A stretch of DNA of 64,000 nt, from positions 64,001-128,000 of the forward strand of contig CBDCCZ010000038.1 of assembly GCA_965215005.1 (NCBI GenBank), in the 5' to 3' direction. Positions 10,220 to 21,083 of this stretch are shown in pieces. The DNA comes from Kofleriaceae bacterium (GTDB lineage: Bacteria; Myxococcota_A; Polyangia; Haliangiales; Haliangiaceae). A program made the translations under genes and the position numbers. The notes below the pieces were generated by a model. The model did no database searches. It was not told where the DNA came from and saw only the letters and a list, made by a program, of their open reading frames with translations. The stretch's first letter is position 1. Each line of letters opens with the position of its first letter.

Positions 10220-10674
10220 GATTCGTTTGCCTCGCTTGCCTTGGCGTCGATGTCCAGATCCAGGTGCAGGTGACTTCCGGTGCAGCGCAGCCGCACGTCG
10301 ATTCGTGGCGTTTGCAGGCGGCAACCAGCGTGGCGCTCGGCTTCCGCCAGCCCTAAGTCGCGAGCCCGTGCGCGCACTCGCTCGTCGTCGGCAACGAGCT
10401 CACCAACCCGGCGCGCGGTGGCAACGTCGCAGGCTTCGCTGACCAAAGCACTGGCGCGATGAAGATCGATGGTGATCATCGTCGAGCCGAAATACTGGCC
10501 TCGCTCGAGCTGTCCTTCGGACAGCAGCGCGGCGATGTCAAAGAGGATGTCGATAGCCGCTGTCGACAAGCCAACGCGAACCTGGCGCTCGAACAGCGAC
10601 ACGCGCCGCGCCCGCGCCATGGGCTTGCGCAAGCGCGGCGTCGGCCAGTTGCGCGGACGAAGAGAAGATCCCAT
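10216..10674 (-). CDS. Hypothetical protein, translationally coupled to the MerR-TPR gene
   Basis: Protein-like ORF with GTGA overlap. TACCAT box 6 nt upstream of ATG 10674. Confidence 0.7.
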   Translation of the reverse strand: MGSSLRPRNWPTPRLRKPMARARRVSLFERQVRVGLSTAAIDILFDIAALLSEGQLERGQYFGSTMITIDLHRASALVSEACDVATARRVGELVADDERVRARARDLGLAEAERHAGCRLQTPRIDVRLRCTGSHLHLDLDIDAKASEANES

Positions 10675-10731
10675 GCCGAGATGGTAATCAAGTGGCGCAC
10701 AGGGCGCCACTTTTACCTACATGAAGACGCC

Positions 10732-12495
10732 TCAAGGCGAGCATTCGCGGACCATGTCGGCCAGCATCGTGTCGGCGGACGCGAGCGCGCGGGCGCTGGC
10801 GAGGGCATCAGCAGCGGCACGGCGGCGGCCGGTATCGCAGAAGTGGCGGGCGCGCACGAAGTCGTGCCAGAGAAGCGCGTCGACGATGGCGGCGCGCTCG
10901 GCAGGTTGAGGAGCTTGCAGGCGCCGTTCGAGCTCGGCGCGGGCTTGGCGGTCGAGGGTCTCGGTGCGCCGGCGATCGGCTTCTCGAGGTGGTCGCGGCG
11001 CAAAGTAAGCGAACGGACCCGCGGGCAACAGCCAGGGTCGCGCGGCGGCGTCGAGATTGGGGTGGAGCTCGACGAGCACCGGGCGCTGCGTCGCTAGTCG
11101 GCGCAGTTGCTCGATGGGCGTCGGCGCATCGGCGCGCAGCGGCGCTTCTATGAGCGCAGCAAGGTCGGGATGCGCGCGAAGGGCTTCTTGCTGCGCGCCG
11201 GGATAGGTGAGAAAGCTGCGATCGAGAATCGCAATGTCCGGACGCGCGTGCTCGATGGCGCGCAGCGCTTGCAGCCGAAAGCTGGTCTGAAAGTAGCCGG
11301 GCAAGAGCAACGTTCGCGGCGGCAGCGTTTCGAGCTGCCAATGAGCCATTTCCTCGGCGGCGTACGCATGGCGAAGGGAGGCGCTGTCATAGGTGCGAGC
11401 GAGCTGCCAAGCAGCCGTTAGCAGCAGCACCACAGCGGCGAGGCGGGACGCACGTGCGCGCTTGGTGAGCTCGAAAAGGCCGGCACCGGCGAGCAGCAGG
11501 ATGGCGATGAGTCCCGGTGCCAAATACGCGAGATGATCGGGCGTTTGGGAGTCGAATCCCACCAGCATGCGAGCCGCGGCGGTGGTGACAGCGATCGCTA
11601 GCAATAGGCCGGCGGGAGCTCGCCAGTGCGGATTGACGAGCCCTAGAATTGCGCCGAGCAGGGCAAGGAGCGCCATCAGCGGCGTTGCTTGTTCGACATA
11701 GGCCGCGAGGATTTGCGCTGCATCTTGCAGCGGAGTCGATACGTGATCGCCGGCGAGGTTCTTATGAAATGCGCGTCCGCTGATCGTCCAAAACAGTCGC
11801 GAGGCAGTCGATGGTGCACCCCAGTTCACCACCGGATGCTGCGCGGCGCGCGCGGGCAGATAGACGATGGCCGCAAGGCCGATGATGCCGAGTGTCGCGG
11901 TGAGTGATGCTAAGCGTGCGCTCGGGCGTCGCCGACTCGCAAGGATGAACACAGCGCCTGGGAGCAGAACGGTGAGTGTGATGAAGTGATGGTTGGCGAG
12001 CCCGAGCCCGAGCAGCAGCGCGCTAACCAGCAGCCAGCGCGGCATTGGCGCATCGTTATGAGCAAGCAGCGCGGCGAGCGCGCCGGCGACTAACGCGGTT
12101 TCTAGCGCGTAGACCTCCGTGCGCACCGCTTGAAACCACAATGCCCACGCGAAGGAGGCGATGAGCGCGCTGCCAACGGCGGCGGCGCTCACGGTGCGTT
12201 CGTCGGCGTTGCGATCCACGCGCCGATAAAGCTGCACGGCGGCCGCATAGATGCCCACCGCCGCAGCTGCTGCGCACGCCGCCGAGGCCAGATTGCTGCG
12301 TGAGGCAGCGTCGCCAATCGGCAAGAGCGTAAACACCGTGCCGACGAACACACTCAAGGGATGACCTGGTGAGTGCGGCACGCCAAGGGTGGCGCTTGCG
12401 GCGGCGAGCTCTGGGGCATCGAGCCAGCCAAGGGTCGGGGAGGCGGTGAACGCGTAGGTAACGAACGCGCCGAGAAACACGAAAACGCCCGCCAT
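10732..12495 (-). CDS. DUF2723 (TMEM260-like) GT-C membrane glycosyltransferase
   Basis: N-terminal D..EL.....LGVPHSPGHPL, later EVYAL, GLGLANH and NWG.P motifs. Many TM helices. Confidence 0.85.
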   Translation of the reverse strand: MAGVFVFLGAFVTYAFTASPTLGWLDAPELAAASATLGVPHSPGHPLSVFVGTVFTLLPIGDAASRSNLASAACAAAAAVGIYAAAVQLYRRVDRNADERTVSAAAVGSALIASFAWALWFQAVRTEVYALETALVAGALAALLAHNDAPMPRWLLVSALLLGLGLANHHFITLTVLLPGAVFILASRRRPSARLASLTATLGIIGLAAIVYLPARAAQHPVVNWGAPSTASRLFWTISGRAFHKNLAGDHVSTPLQDAAQILAAYVEQATPLMALLALLGAILGLVNPHWRAPAGLLLAIAVTTAAARMLVGFDSQTPDHLAYLAPGLIAILLLAGAGLFELTKRARASRLAAVVLLLTAAWQLARTYDSASLRHAYAAEEMAHWQLETLPPRTLLLPGYFQTSFRLQALRAIEHARPDIAILDRSFLTYPGAQQEALRAHPDLAALIEAPLRADAPTPIEQLRRLATQRPVLVELHPNLDAAARPWLLPAGPFAYFAPRPPREADRRRTETLDRQARAELERRLQAPQPAERAAIVDALLWHDFVRARHFCDTGRRRAAADALASARALASADTMLADMVRECSP

Positions 12496-12589
12496 GGTTG
12501 GAAGTGTACAGGCTTACGAGAGCATGATAGGCCTACGTTGCGCACGCGCATTGCTGCTTTGCGCCCAGCGGAGCGGCCGTTCTCGGACC

Positions 12590-14119
<1,530 letters not shown>

Positions 14120-14129
14120 GGAGCGTCTC

Positions 14130-15086
14130 GTGCGTCTGCTCGTCATTCTCGATCCTCTCGCCAAGCTCGAGCTCGCTGGTGACACCTCGTACGCGTTGAT
14201 GCTCGAAGCGGCGCGCCGCGGCCATGAAATCTGGACCTGCCAGGTTGGCGAGCTGGCGCTCGAGCACGACGATGCCATTGCCGAGGCACGGCTCACTCAC
14301 GTGCGCGCGGGCGATTCGGCCGCGGCTGCGTTCACCGAGGAAGCCACCACGGCCATTCCGCTCGAGTCGTTTGACGCGGTGCTGATGCGCAAAGATCCGC
14401 CGCTCGATGTCGAGTTCCTTCAGGCTACGTGGATCCTCGAGCGGGCACGCGGCAAGACGCTGCTAGTGAATGACCCGCGCGGCCTGCGCGAGCTCAATGA
14501 GCACCTCTCGGTGCTGCATTTCCCTGACCTGATTGCCCCCACCATCGTCACGCGCAGCGCCAAGCGTTTGCGCGCGTTTCTCGATGAGCAAGGCGGCACG
14601 ATCGTCGTCAAGCCAGTCGATGGCTTTGCTGGCTATGGGGTTTTCATCGTTCGTGCGGGTGATGCCAACGTGTCGTCGATCTTCGAGTCCTCGACCCGTG
14701 CGGGACGCATTTGGACCATGGCGCAGCGGTATCTGCCCGAGGCCGCGCTCGGCGACAAGCGCATTCTTTTGGCCGACGGTGAGCCGATTGGTGCGGTTCT
14801 TCGCGTGCCGCCGCAAAACGAGGCGCGGGGCAATTTGCACGTTGGCGGCAAGGCAGTGCGCACCGAGGTCACCGCCGAGGACCTGCGCATCGTGCGCGCC
14901 GTGGCGCCGCTGCTCGCCGAGTATGGCCAGCTGTTCGTCGGACTCGACGTCATCGGCGGCAGGCTCACGGAGATCAACGTTACGTCTCCCACCGGCATTC
15001 GACATATCGAGACGCTGGAAGGTGTGAACGCTGCGGCGCCGGTGATCGACTGCATCGAACGCAAAGCGCGCGAGCTCCGCTCCTAG
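14130..15086 (+). CDS. gshB: Glutathione synthetase
   Basis: LMRKDPP, GDKRILL, RGNLHVGG, GLDVIG..LTEINVTSPTG. AAGGAG RBS before the GTG. Confidence 0.95.
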   Translation: MRLLVILDPLAKLELAGDTSYALMLEAARRGHEIWTCQVGELALEHDDAIAEARLTHVRAGDSAAAAFTEEATTAIPLESFDAVLMRKDPPLDVEFLQATWILERARGKTLLVNDPRGLRELNEHLSVLHFPDLIAPTIVTRSAKRLRAFLDEQGGTIVVKPVDGFAGYGVFIVRAGDANVSSIFESSTRAGRIWTMAQRYLPEAALGDKRILLADGEPIGAVLRVPPQNEARGNLHVGGKAVRTEVTAEDLRIVRAVAPLLAEYGQLFVGLDVIGGRLTEINVTSPTGIRHIETLEGVNAAAPVIDCIERKARELRS

Positions 15087-15187
15087 GCGATTGTTGTTTT
15101 TCTAGCGGTTCACGACTTCGCCGTGAACCACTAGCGGGTCACTAGCGCGTAGCAGTCGCCATTGGCAGCGTCTGCTATAGTGACTCG

Positions 15188-16339
15188 ATGTCGACCGAAT
15201 TGAGCCTCGAGTTCATCGAGAAGCTTCCCAAAGCAGATCTGCATGTGCATCTCGATGGTTCCGTGCGGCTCGATACCATCCTCGATCTCGCCAAGAAGCA
15301 GAATGTCGAGCTGCCGACCTTCGACAAGGGCGAGCTGTTCCGCATGCTCTATGCGGGGGAAGTGTGCGGCTCCCTCGATGACTACTTGAAAGGCTTCGAG
15401 ATCACGCTTTCGGTCATGCAGACCGAAGACTCGCTCGAACGAGTCGCTTTCGAGCTAGCGGAAGATGCCTGGCGCGAGGGCGTGCGCTACATCGAGGTGC
15501 GCTACGCGCCGCTCTTGCATACGGTGGGCGGGTTGCGCCACACCACGGTCGTCGAGGCAGTGCTCCGCGGTCTGCGCTGCGCAAAACGCAGCTTAGGTAT
15601 CCGTTATGGAGTCATTCTGTGCGGCATACGCTCGATGAGCCCCGAGACGTCGGTGCGCATGGCAGAGCTCTGCATTGCTTTCAAGAACCGCGGTGTCGTT
15701 GGGTTCGACCTTGCCGGCTCCGAAGTCAATAACCCCGCTCGTTCGCACCAGCGCGCGTTTCAGCTCATTCTCGACAACAATATCAACTGCACGGCGCACG
15801 CTGGCGAGGCCTACGGGCCCGACTCCATCGCTCAGGCAATTCACAAGTGCGGCGCGCATCGCATTGGTCATGGCACGCGGCTCATCGAGAACGGTGATCT
15901 GCTCAATTATGTCAACGACCATCGCATTCCGCTCGAGGTCTGTCCGTCCTCCAACATTCAAACCAAAGCGGCGGCTACCTGGGAGTCGCATCCAGTCGAC
16001 TTCTTCGTCGACTACGGCCTTCGCGTCACGGTCAACACCGACAATCGGCTGATCACCGACACCACGGTTTCCAAGGAGCTATGGCTCTGTCATCAGCATT
16101 TCGGTTGGACGCTCGAGCAGATCAAGGAAGTGGTCATCGCCGGCTTCAAGAGCGCGTTCCTCCCCTATCGCGAGAAGGCAGATCTGCTCAAGGAGATCAC
16201 GCGCGAGCTCGAAGTCATCCAGGCGCCAACCAACGGCAAGTCGGTGAGGAAGACGCGCAACATCGACCTGCAAGATACACATGCGCCGCCGCCACCTGCC
16301 GAGCCCGAGTCGGTGCCCACGACCGACATCTCCCGCTGA
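15188..16339 (+). CDS. add: Adenosine deaminase
   Basis: LPKADLHVHLDGS, HAGE, RIGHG, EVCPSSN, NTDN motifs. Confidence 0.95.
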   Translation: MSTELSLEFIEKLPKADLHVHLDGSVRLDTILDLAKKQNVELPTFDKGELFRMLYAGEVCGSLDDYLKGFEITLSVMQTEDSLERVAFELAEDAWREGVRYIEVRYAPLLHTVGGLRHTTVVEAVLRGLRCAKRSLGIRYGVILCGIRSMSPETSVRMAELCIAFKNRGVVGFDLAGSEVNNPARSHQRAFQLILDNNINCTAHAGEAYGPDSIAQAIHKCGAHRIGHGTRLIENGDLLNYVNDHRIPLEVCPSSNIQTKAAATWESHPVDFFVDYGLRVTVNTDNRLITDTTVSKELWLCHQHFGWTLEQIKEVVIAGFKSAFLPYREKADLLKEITRELEVIQAPTNGKSVRKTRNIDLQDTHAPPPPAEPESVPTTDISR

Positions 16340-16438
16340 CGCTCTCACGAAGTAGCGCGAGCGATGACGCCAGAGTCGCTCTCGTATTCGGTTCGGCGTT
16401 GGTGGCCAGATTCGGAGCGGTTGCCTTCCTTGCGGCGC

Positions 16439-16921
16439 CTAACGCCGTACGGTGAGCTGCATCTGAAAGCGAACCGTGCTGGCATCGCCGTCGCCATCGG
16501 AGACAGTGAGCTCGATGGTGGCAGGACGATCGCCGCGCAGCTCGATCACCGGGCTCACCGACGTTTGGTCGCCCTCGACGAATCGATGCTCATCGAAGAG
16601 CACTCGCCAGTGGTACCGCAACGGTAGCTCCGCCGTGGGATCGTCGAGAGGATCGGCAGAGGCTGTCCCATCGAGGGTGACTCGGGTGCGAAAGCCGTCG
16701 TTCTCGACAATGGCGGCAGGGTTTGCGCTGGCGCGGGCGATCGGCGGACGACCGGATTCGGTGGTGCAAGCCAGCATTCCGAGTCCCACGCTCGCAATGA
16801 GCGCACAGCAAGCGACACGCGCGAGCAGCGCCGCCGGTGAGGTGTAGCCAGCGCCAGATGATGTAGCAGGTGCGCCCACCTCACGCCATCGTCTCTTCAT
16901 CACCGCCGGTCGTGATACCAT
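16439..16921 (-). CDS. Small lipoprotein with PKD/Ig-like domain
   Basis: Lipobox MLAC, VTLDGTASADP...LRYHW, IELTVSDGDG. True start is probably downstream of 16921. Confidence 0.65.
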   Translation of the reverse strand: MVSRPAVMKRRWREVGAPATSSGAGYTSPAALLARVACCALIASVGLGMLACTTESGRPPIARASANPAAIVENDGFRTRVTLDGTASADPLDDPTAELPLRYHWRVLFDEHRFVEGDQTSVSPVIELRGDRPATIELTVSDGDGDASTVRFQMQLTVRR

Positions 16922-16944
16922 GCGTTTTGGTGGTACCGACGACG

Positions 16945-17763
16945 GTGAAGCAAGAATTTTCCCAGATCGTCTCCGACCATTGGCGACGCATCTACAACTT
17001 TGCGTTTCGGATGACGCTCGATCACGATCGGGCGGCTGAGGTGGTGGAAGAGAGCTTTCTGCGCGCCTACGTCGGGGCTGACAACCTGCCGGAGGCCGGC
17101 CGGCACGAAGCCTGGCTGTTGCGCATTGCCAGCCATATCCTCGAGCAGCGCCTGCCGCGCACCCCGGAGATCAGCTTCGACACGCTTGATGACACGCTGC
17201 GCGACGAGGCTACCCGCACCGATGTCGTGCGCTCCATGACCGACCCGCAGCGCGACTTCATGCTTTGGGAGCTCAAGCAAGGCTGCATGACCGCGGTGAT
17301 CAACTGCCTGTCACCCGGAGAGCGCGCCGCCTTCGTGATGTCGACGGTGCTCAAGCTCACCGATGACGACGCTGCTAGCAGCCTTGGCATCACCAAGAGC
17401 GCCTACAAAGTGCGGCTCTCCCGTGGCCGCAAAAAAGTGGCCGATTATTTGGCCCCGCGATGCGAGCACGTGGACCCCATGAATCCATGCCGCTGCCCGG
17501 CGCGCGTGGGTACGGCGCTGAAGAAGGGGTTCATCCGCAGCTCGGGTGAGATCAATCTACGCAAGCCAGTGACGCCGTTTGGTCGCTATGGCGCCGGACC
17601 CGAAGCGGAAGATGCGCCGCTGCGCGACGTGGTCACCATCTACGGCAATTTGCCCGAGCCAGACCCGCCGGAAGAGCTGCATCAACGCTTGCTCGAGCGT
17701 TTGCAGGGCGACGAGTGGGATCGAATTCGCGAGAAGAAGCAGCAAACAGCGCGCACCCCGTGA
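16945..17763 (+). CDS. ECF-type RNA polymerase sigma factor with Cys-containing C-terminal extension
   Basis: Region 2 (IYNFAFRM..AAEVVEESFLRAY, WLLRIA), region 4 (YKVRLSRGRKK), then RCEHVDPMNPCRC. Start uncertain. Confidence 0.88.
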   Translation: MKQEFSQIVSDHWRRIYNFAFRMTLDHDRAAEVVEESFLRAYVGADNLPEAGRHEAWLLRIASHILEQRLPRTPEISFDTLDDTLRDEATRTDVVRSMTDPQRDFMLWELKQGCMTAVINCLSPGERAAFVMSTVLKLTDDDAASSLGITKSAYKVRLSRGRKKVADYLAPRCEHVDPMNPCRCPARVGTALKKGFIRSSGEINLRKPVTPFGRYGAGPEAEDAPLRDVVTIYGNLPEPDPPEELHQRLLERLQGDEWDRIREKKQQTARTP

Positions 17764-17827
17764 GCCTTTGGCCATCCGGTGCGCCGCGCGTTATCCTTTA
17801 CAACGCCAGCGTGAGGCGCAATCGGGC

Positions 17828-18634
17828 TCAGTCGGGAAGCACGATGCGAGGCCTGGTCGCGGGGCAAATGATGGGACCGCGGGCGACAAAGATGCCGGGT
17901 AGACAGCTACCAAGGGCGAAATCGTCGATGGTGCAAGCAATGCGCAGATGCAGGTGGTCGTTGTGCGGAGACGAGTCGCTCGGCTCGCGCATGACCGCGC
18001 TTGCATGAGCGAGCAGCTCCGGAGGCGCCCCAATTGCTTGGCCATACGCCAACAGCCAGCGCTCGATTCGGGTGGAAATGAAGATGTGGGTGACGATGGC
18101 ATCGTCATCGGTGAGCAGCGCGGCGATGAGCGCCCAGTTGCGCGGCAAGTCGAAGTACCGGGCGCTGATGCGGCGGCCGTAGGTGGTGCTGGTGGCCATG
18201 CCCGAGTCGCGATAGTTCGGAAATGCGGCATCGGGTACGAAAGGCTCACCGTGCTGATCGAGTGCATAGAAGTGCAGATCCGCGTCGCGTCCTGATTGAT
18301 GAGAGAGGTGACGCAGGGCGCGTCCGCCGCGAGCGTGGGCGAGGTCGGCGACTCCGAGAATGGCGCCTGGATGAGCGCCGGCGACGCGCGCGGCTGCGCG
18401 ACGGATGAGCCCTACTAGCTCATCGGTGCCGTAGTGCAGGCCGCGGCTACGCCACGGCTCCGGGATGATGTAGCCGACTCCCCGGGTAGGTAGTCGGGCG
18501 GCGCGGGCGAGGGCGCCGCGATTGACGGAGCCGCAGGAGACGCTGTCGCGAACCGGGCCAGACGCGCCGACATACACCGGGTCAACGATCACGGCGAGTA
18601 CGACAGCGAAGAGCGCCAAGTGCCAACCCCGCAC
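17828..18634 (-). CDS. Penicillin-insensitive murein endopeptidase (MepA family)
   Basis: YGTDEL, HLSHQSGRDAD, HNDHLHLRIAC motifs. Signal peptide. Confidence 0.88.
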   Translation of the reverse strand: MRGWHLALFAVVLAVIVDPVYVGASGPVRDSVSCGSVNRGALARAARLPTRGVGYIIPEPWRSRGLHYGTDELVGLIRRAAARVAGAHPGAILGVADLAHARGGRALRHLSHQSGRDADLHFYALDQHGEPFVPDAAFPNYRDSGMATSTTYGRRISARYFDLPRNWALIAALLTDDDAIVTHIFISTRIERWLLAYGQAIGAPPELLAHASAVMREPSDSSPHNDHLHLRIACTIDDFALGSCLPGIFVARGPIICPATRPRIVLPD

Positions 18635-18695
18635 CCGCTGAGCATACTGGTCTCGCGGCGTCAGCGGCTAGCCTGCGGTGCGTCGTTGGCCGCGC

Positions 18696-20915
18696 TCATG
18701 CGGCGTCGGCGCAGGGGCGAGCGAGCTCGTTCTGGAGCCCCACGGCCAGCTCCGCTGCACTTGGACGACCGGCAGGATCCACCGCCAGGCAGCGGCTGAG
18801 CAGCTGCTGCGTCTCGCTGGTGAGCGCGGCTGGCAGAAGCGGGGGCTCGGCGAGCGTGCCGCGCTGGCTGCGAATCACCAGCGGCGGAGTCGCGAACGGA
18901 TAGCTGCCCGTGAGCAGCTGATACGCGATGAGCCCGAACGCATAGACGTCGCTGCCCGGCGCGACGTTGCGCCGGCCATCTGCGAGCTCCGGCGCCATGT
19001 AGCGCGGGGTACCCATGATCATTCCAGTTTGGGTAAGCGAGCTCGAGACATCGGCATTCGTCGGGGCTTGATAGCCGGCAGGCAAGGCGCGGGTATCCTC
19101 GGTCTCTGCCGGCAGCGGTAGCTCCTCGCTTGCTTCCAAGGAAGCTAGCTGCCAATCGCCGCCGGCGATGCCGAAGTCGGCAATCTTCACGATGTCGGTC
19201 TTCTCCGCGTGACGAACCAGCAGAATATTGGCCGGCTTGAGGTCACGGTGAACGATCCCAGCTCTGTGAATGGCAGCGAGACCATCGGCCAGCTGGGTGA
19301 GGATTTCCAGGCCCCAGGAGCGCTGCCCATAGCGGCTTTCCGAGCGGTCGAGCGAGCTGCCGTCGACGTACTCCATCACCAAGTACATAAAGCCCGATCC
19401 CGATAGCTCGACGTCGACCACCTGCACGATGTTGGGATGAAAAAGCTCACACGCCAGCTGCGCTTCCCGAGCAAAGCGCGCCGCCCGTTGAAAGTCGATC
19501 TGCGTGAGTACCTTCATCGCGAGGCGACGCTGGTCACTCAGCCGAACTGCCTCGTAGACTGCACCGGCCGCGCCAGCACCGATCGGGCGCACGATCCGAT
19601 AGCGGGCATCGACCACGTCATCGGCCGCAAGCGTAGGAGCGCGGCCGTGCAGCGCAAGCTTGGCAAGTCCGTCGGAGAGGTGGCGTGATCGTTGAGCGAT
19701 TTGCCGTTGCAGCTCGATGTTGAGCAGCTCGGTCTCGCGTTTGCCTGCTTGCAAGCTCACGACGCTGTCAGCCAGCTGCCCATTGAGGCGTTCTCCGTGC
19801 TCCAGTGATATGAACAGCGCCCGCGCCAGCCCTAGTAGCTGCGCAAAGGCGAACATCGCTAGACCCAATCCGGCGGGATGAACCCCCGAAAGAATCTCGG
19901 GAAATCCCAGCCACCAGGAGTTGTCGAGCGGTGTGGTGATCGTGAGGCTGATCCATCCGACTAAATGCACCATGACCTCGCCATTGCGCTCGCGCCGATA
20001 AAGCCTGGCGAGCAGCACGACTTGGTACACAAGTCCTATTAGCAAGGTGATAATGACCGTGCGAGCGGACCAGGTGACATTCTGAAAGTTTCCAGTGGTC
20101 GTCGTTGCAGATAGCAGGGCGACTGCAAAGAGTGTCCAAAGCCATTTGCCCATGGGACCGAGGTTGAAGTGCGCATGCGTGGCAGCAACTGCCAACATGA
20201 TCGCGCTCGTGAGACTCGTCATCACCAAGAAGACATCGAGTGAGCTCGTGAGGTGCTGAGTAACGCCGAGATCGAAGAATAAGTAGTAGATAGGCGCCGC
20301 GATGCACGTTGCAAATAGTGCATACGAGCGGCGTGGCCGGAGGAAGTACAGCACGACATAAACGAAGGCGATGGTGCCGAGCGAGCCTATACCGAGCCAT
20401 TGAACCGCATCCCTTGCGCGCTCCACCCCATACGCCAGAGAGGCTTCTCCAGCGCCGAGCGAGAGCCGAGGCGCGGTCCGCAGCCAGCTGCTTTGCGTCC
20501 ACCGATGCTGGATGACGAGCGACAGGTCCACCAGCCCGCTTGATGTAGAGGCGGCCGGGATGGTCCAAACGTGGGTTCCGGTGGAACGGTATCCGCTGGA
20601 GCTGCGATCGCCTCGGCCGAGATGTTGGTTGTTGGCGACGAGCTCGGTGGCGCCGCCAAAGTAGGGAATGGAGAGTGTGATGGGCTGCCCCGCCCACTTC
20701 GCCGGTAGCACCACACGGCGCTGCAGGATGTACTCGAGCGGCTTGGGCTCGAGAAAGCGGTCGAGCATGGTTGGCAGCTCGACCGTGACGTTGGCCGCCG
20801 GGAGGCGCCAGTCGCGCAACAGCAACGTGTCGGCACTGCTGCTACAGCCAGCGAGGTAAACGTAGAACAGCGCCGGGAGGCAGCGCTGGAAGAGGCGGTA
20901 GAGCCGCGAGGCCAT
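18696..20915 (-). CDS. Membrane Ser/Thr protein kinase with extracellular domain and about 7 TM helices
   Basis: IGAGAAGAVY, AMKV, HRDLKPAN, DFG, GTPRYMAPE, SDVYAFG. Multi-TM middle region and coiled coil. Confidence 0.92.
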   Translation of the reverse strand: MASRLYRLFQRCLPALFYVYLAGCSSSADTLLLRDWRLPAANVTVELPTMLDRFLEPKPLEYILQRRVVLPAKWAGQPITLSIPYFGGATELVANNQHLGRGDRSSSGYRSTGTHVWTIPAASTSSGLVDLSLVIQHRWTQSSWLRTAPRLSLGAGEASLAYGVERARDAVQWLGIGSLGTIAFVYVVLYFLRPRRSYALFATCIAAPIYYLFFDLGVTQHLTSSLDVFLVMTSLTSAIMLAVAATHAHFNLGPMGKWLWTLFAVALLSATTTTGNFQNVTWSARTVIITLLIGLVYQVVLLARLYRRERNGEVMVHLVGWISLTITTPLDNSWWLGFPEILSGVHPAGLGLAMFAFAQLLGLARALFISLEHGERLNGQLADSVVSLQAGKRETELLNIELQRQIAQRSRHLSDGLAKLALHGRAPTLAADDVVDARYRIVRPIGAGAAGAVYEAVRLSDQRRLAMKVLTQIDFQRAARFAREAQLACELFHPNIVQVVDVELSGSGFMYLVMEYVDGSSLDRSESRYGQRSWGLEILTQLADGLAAIHRAGIVHRDLKPANILLVRHAEKTDIVKIADFGIAGGDWQLASLEASEELPLPAETEDTRALPAGYQAPTNADVSSSLTQTGMIMGTPRYMAPELADGRRNVAPGSDVYAFGLIAYQLLTGSYPFATPPLVIRSQRGTLAEPPLLPAALTSETQQLLSRCLAVDPAGRPSAAELAVGLQNELARPCADAA

Positions 20916-21083
20916 CGCGGCTGCAATCGGTTGTCTTGGCAAAAACCTTTGGGGAGGCTCGTGCGCAAATGGCTATCACTGCGGAGTGCGCGCCCTCGCG
21001 GACAGCGCGGCGCGGCGCTGCCAGACCCCGGCCGGCCCGTCTTGCGTCGCTATCGAGCCAAGGCGACGGCCGGGATAGGCGGA

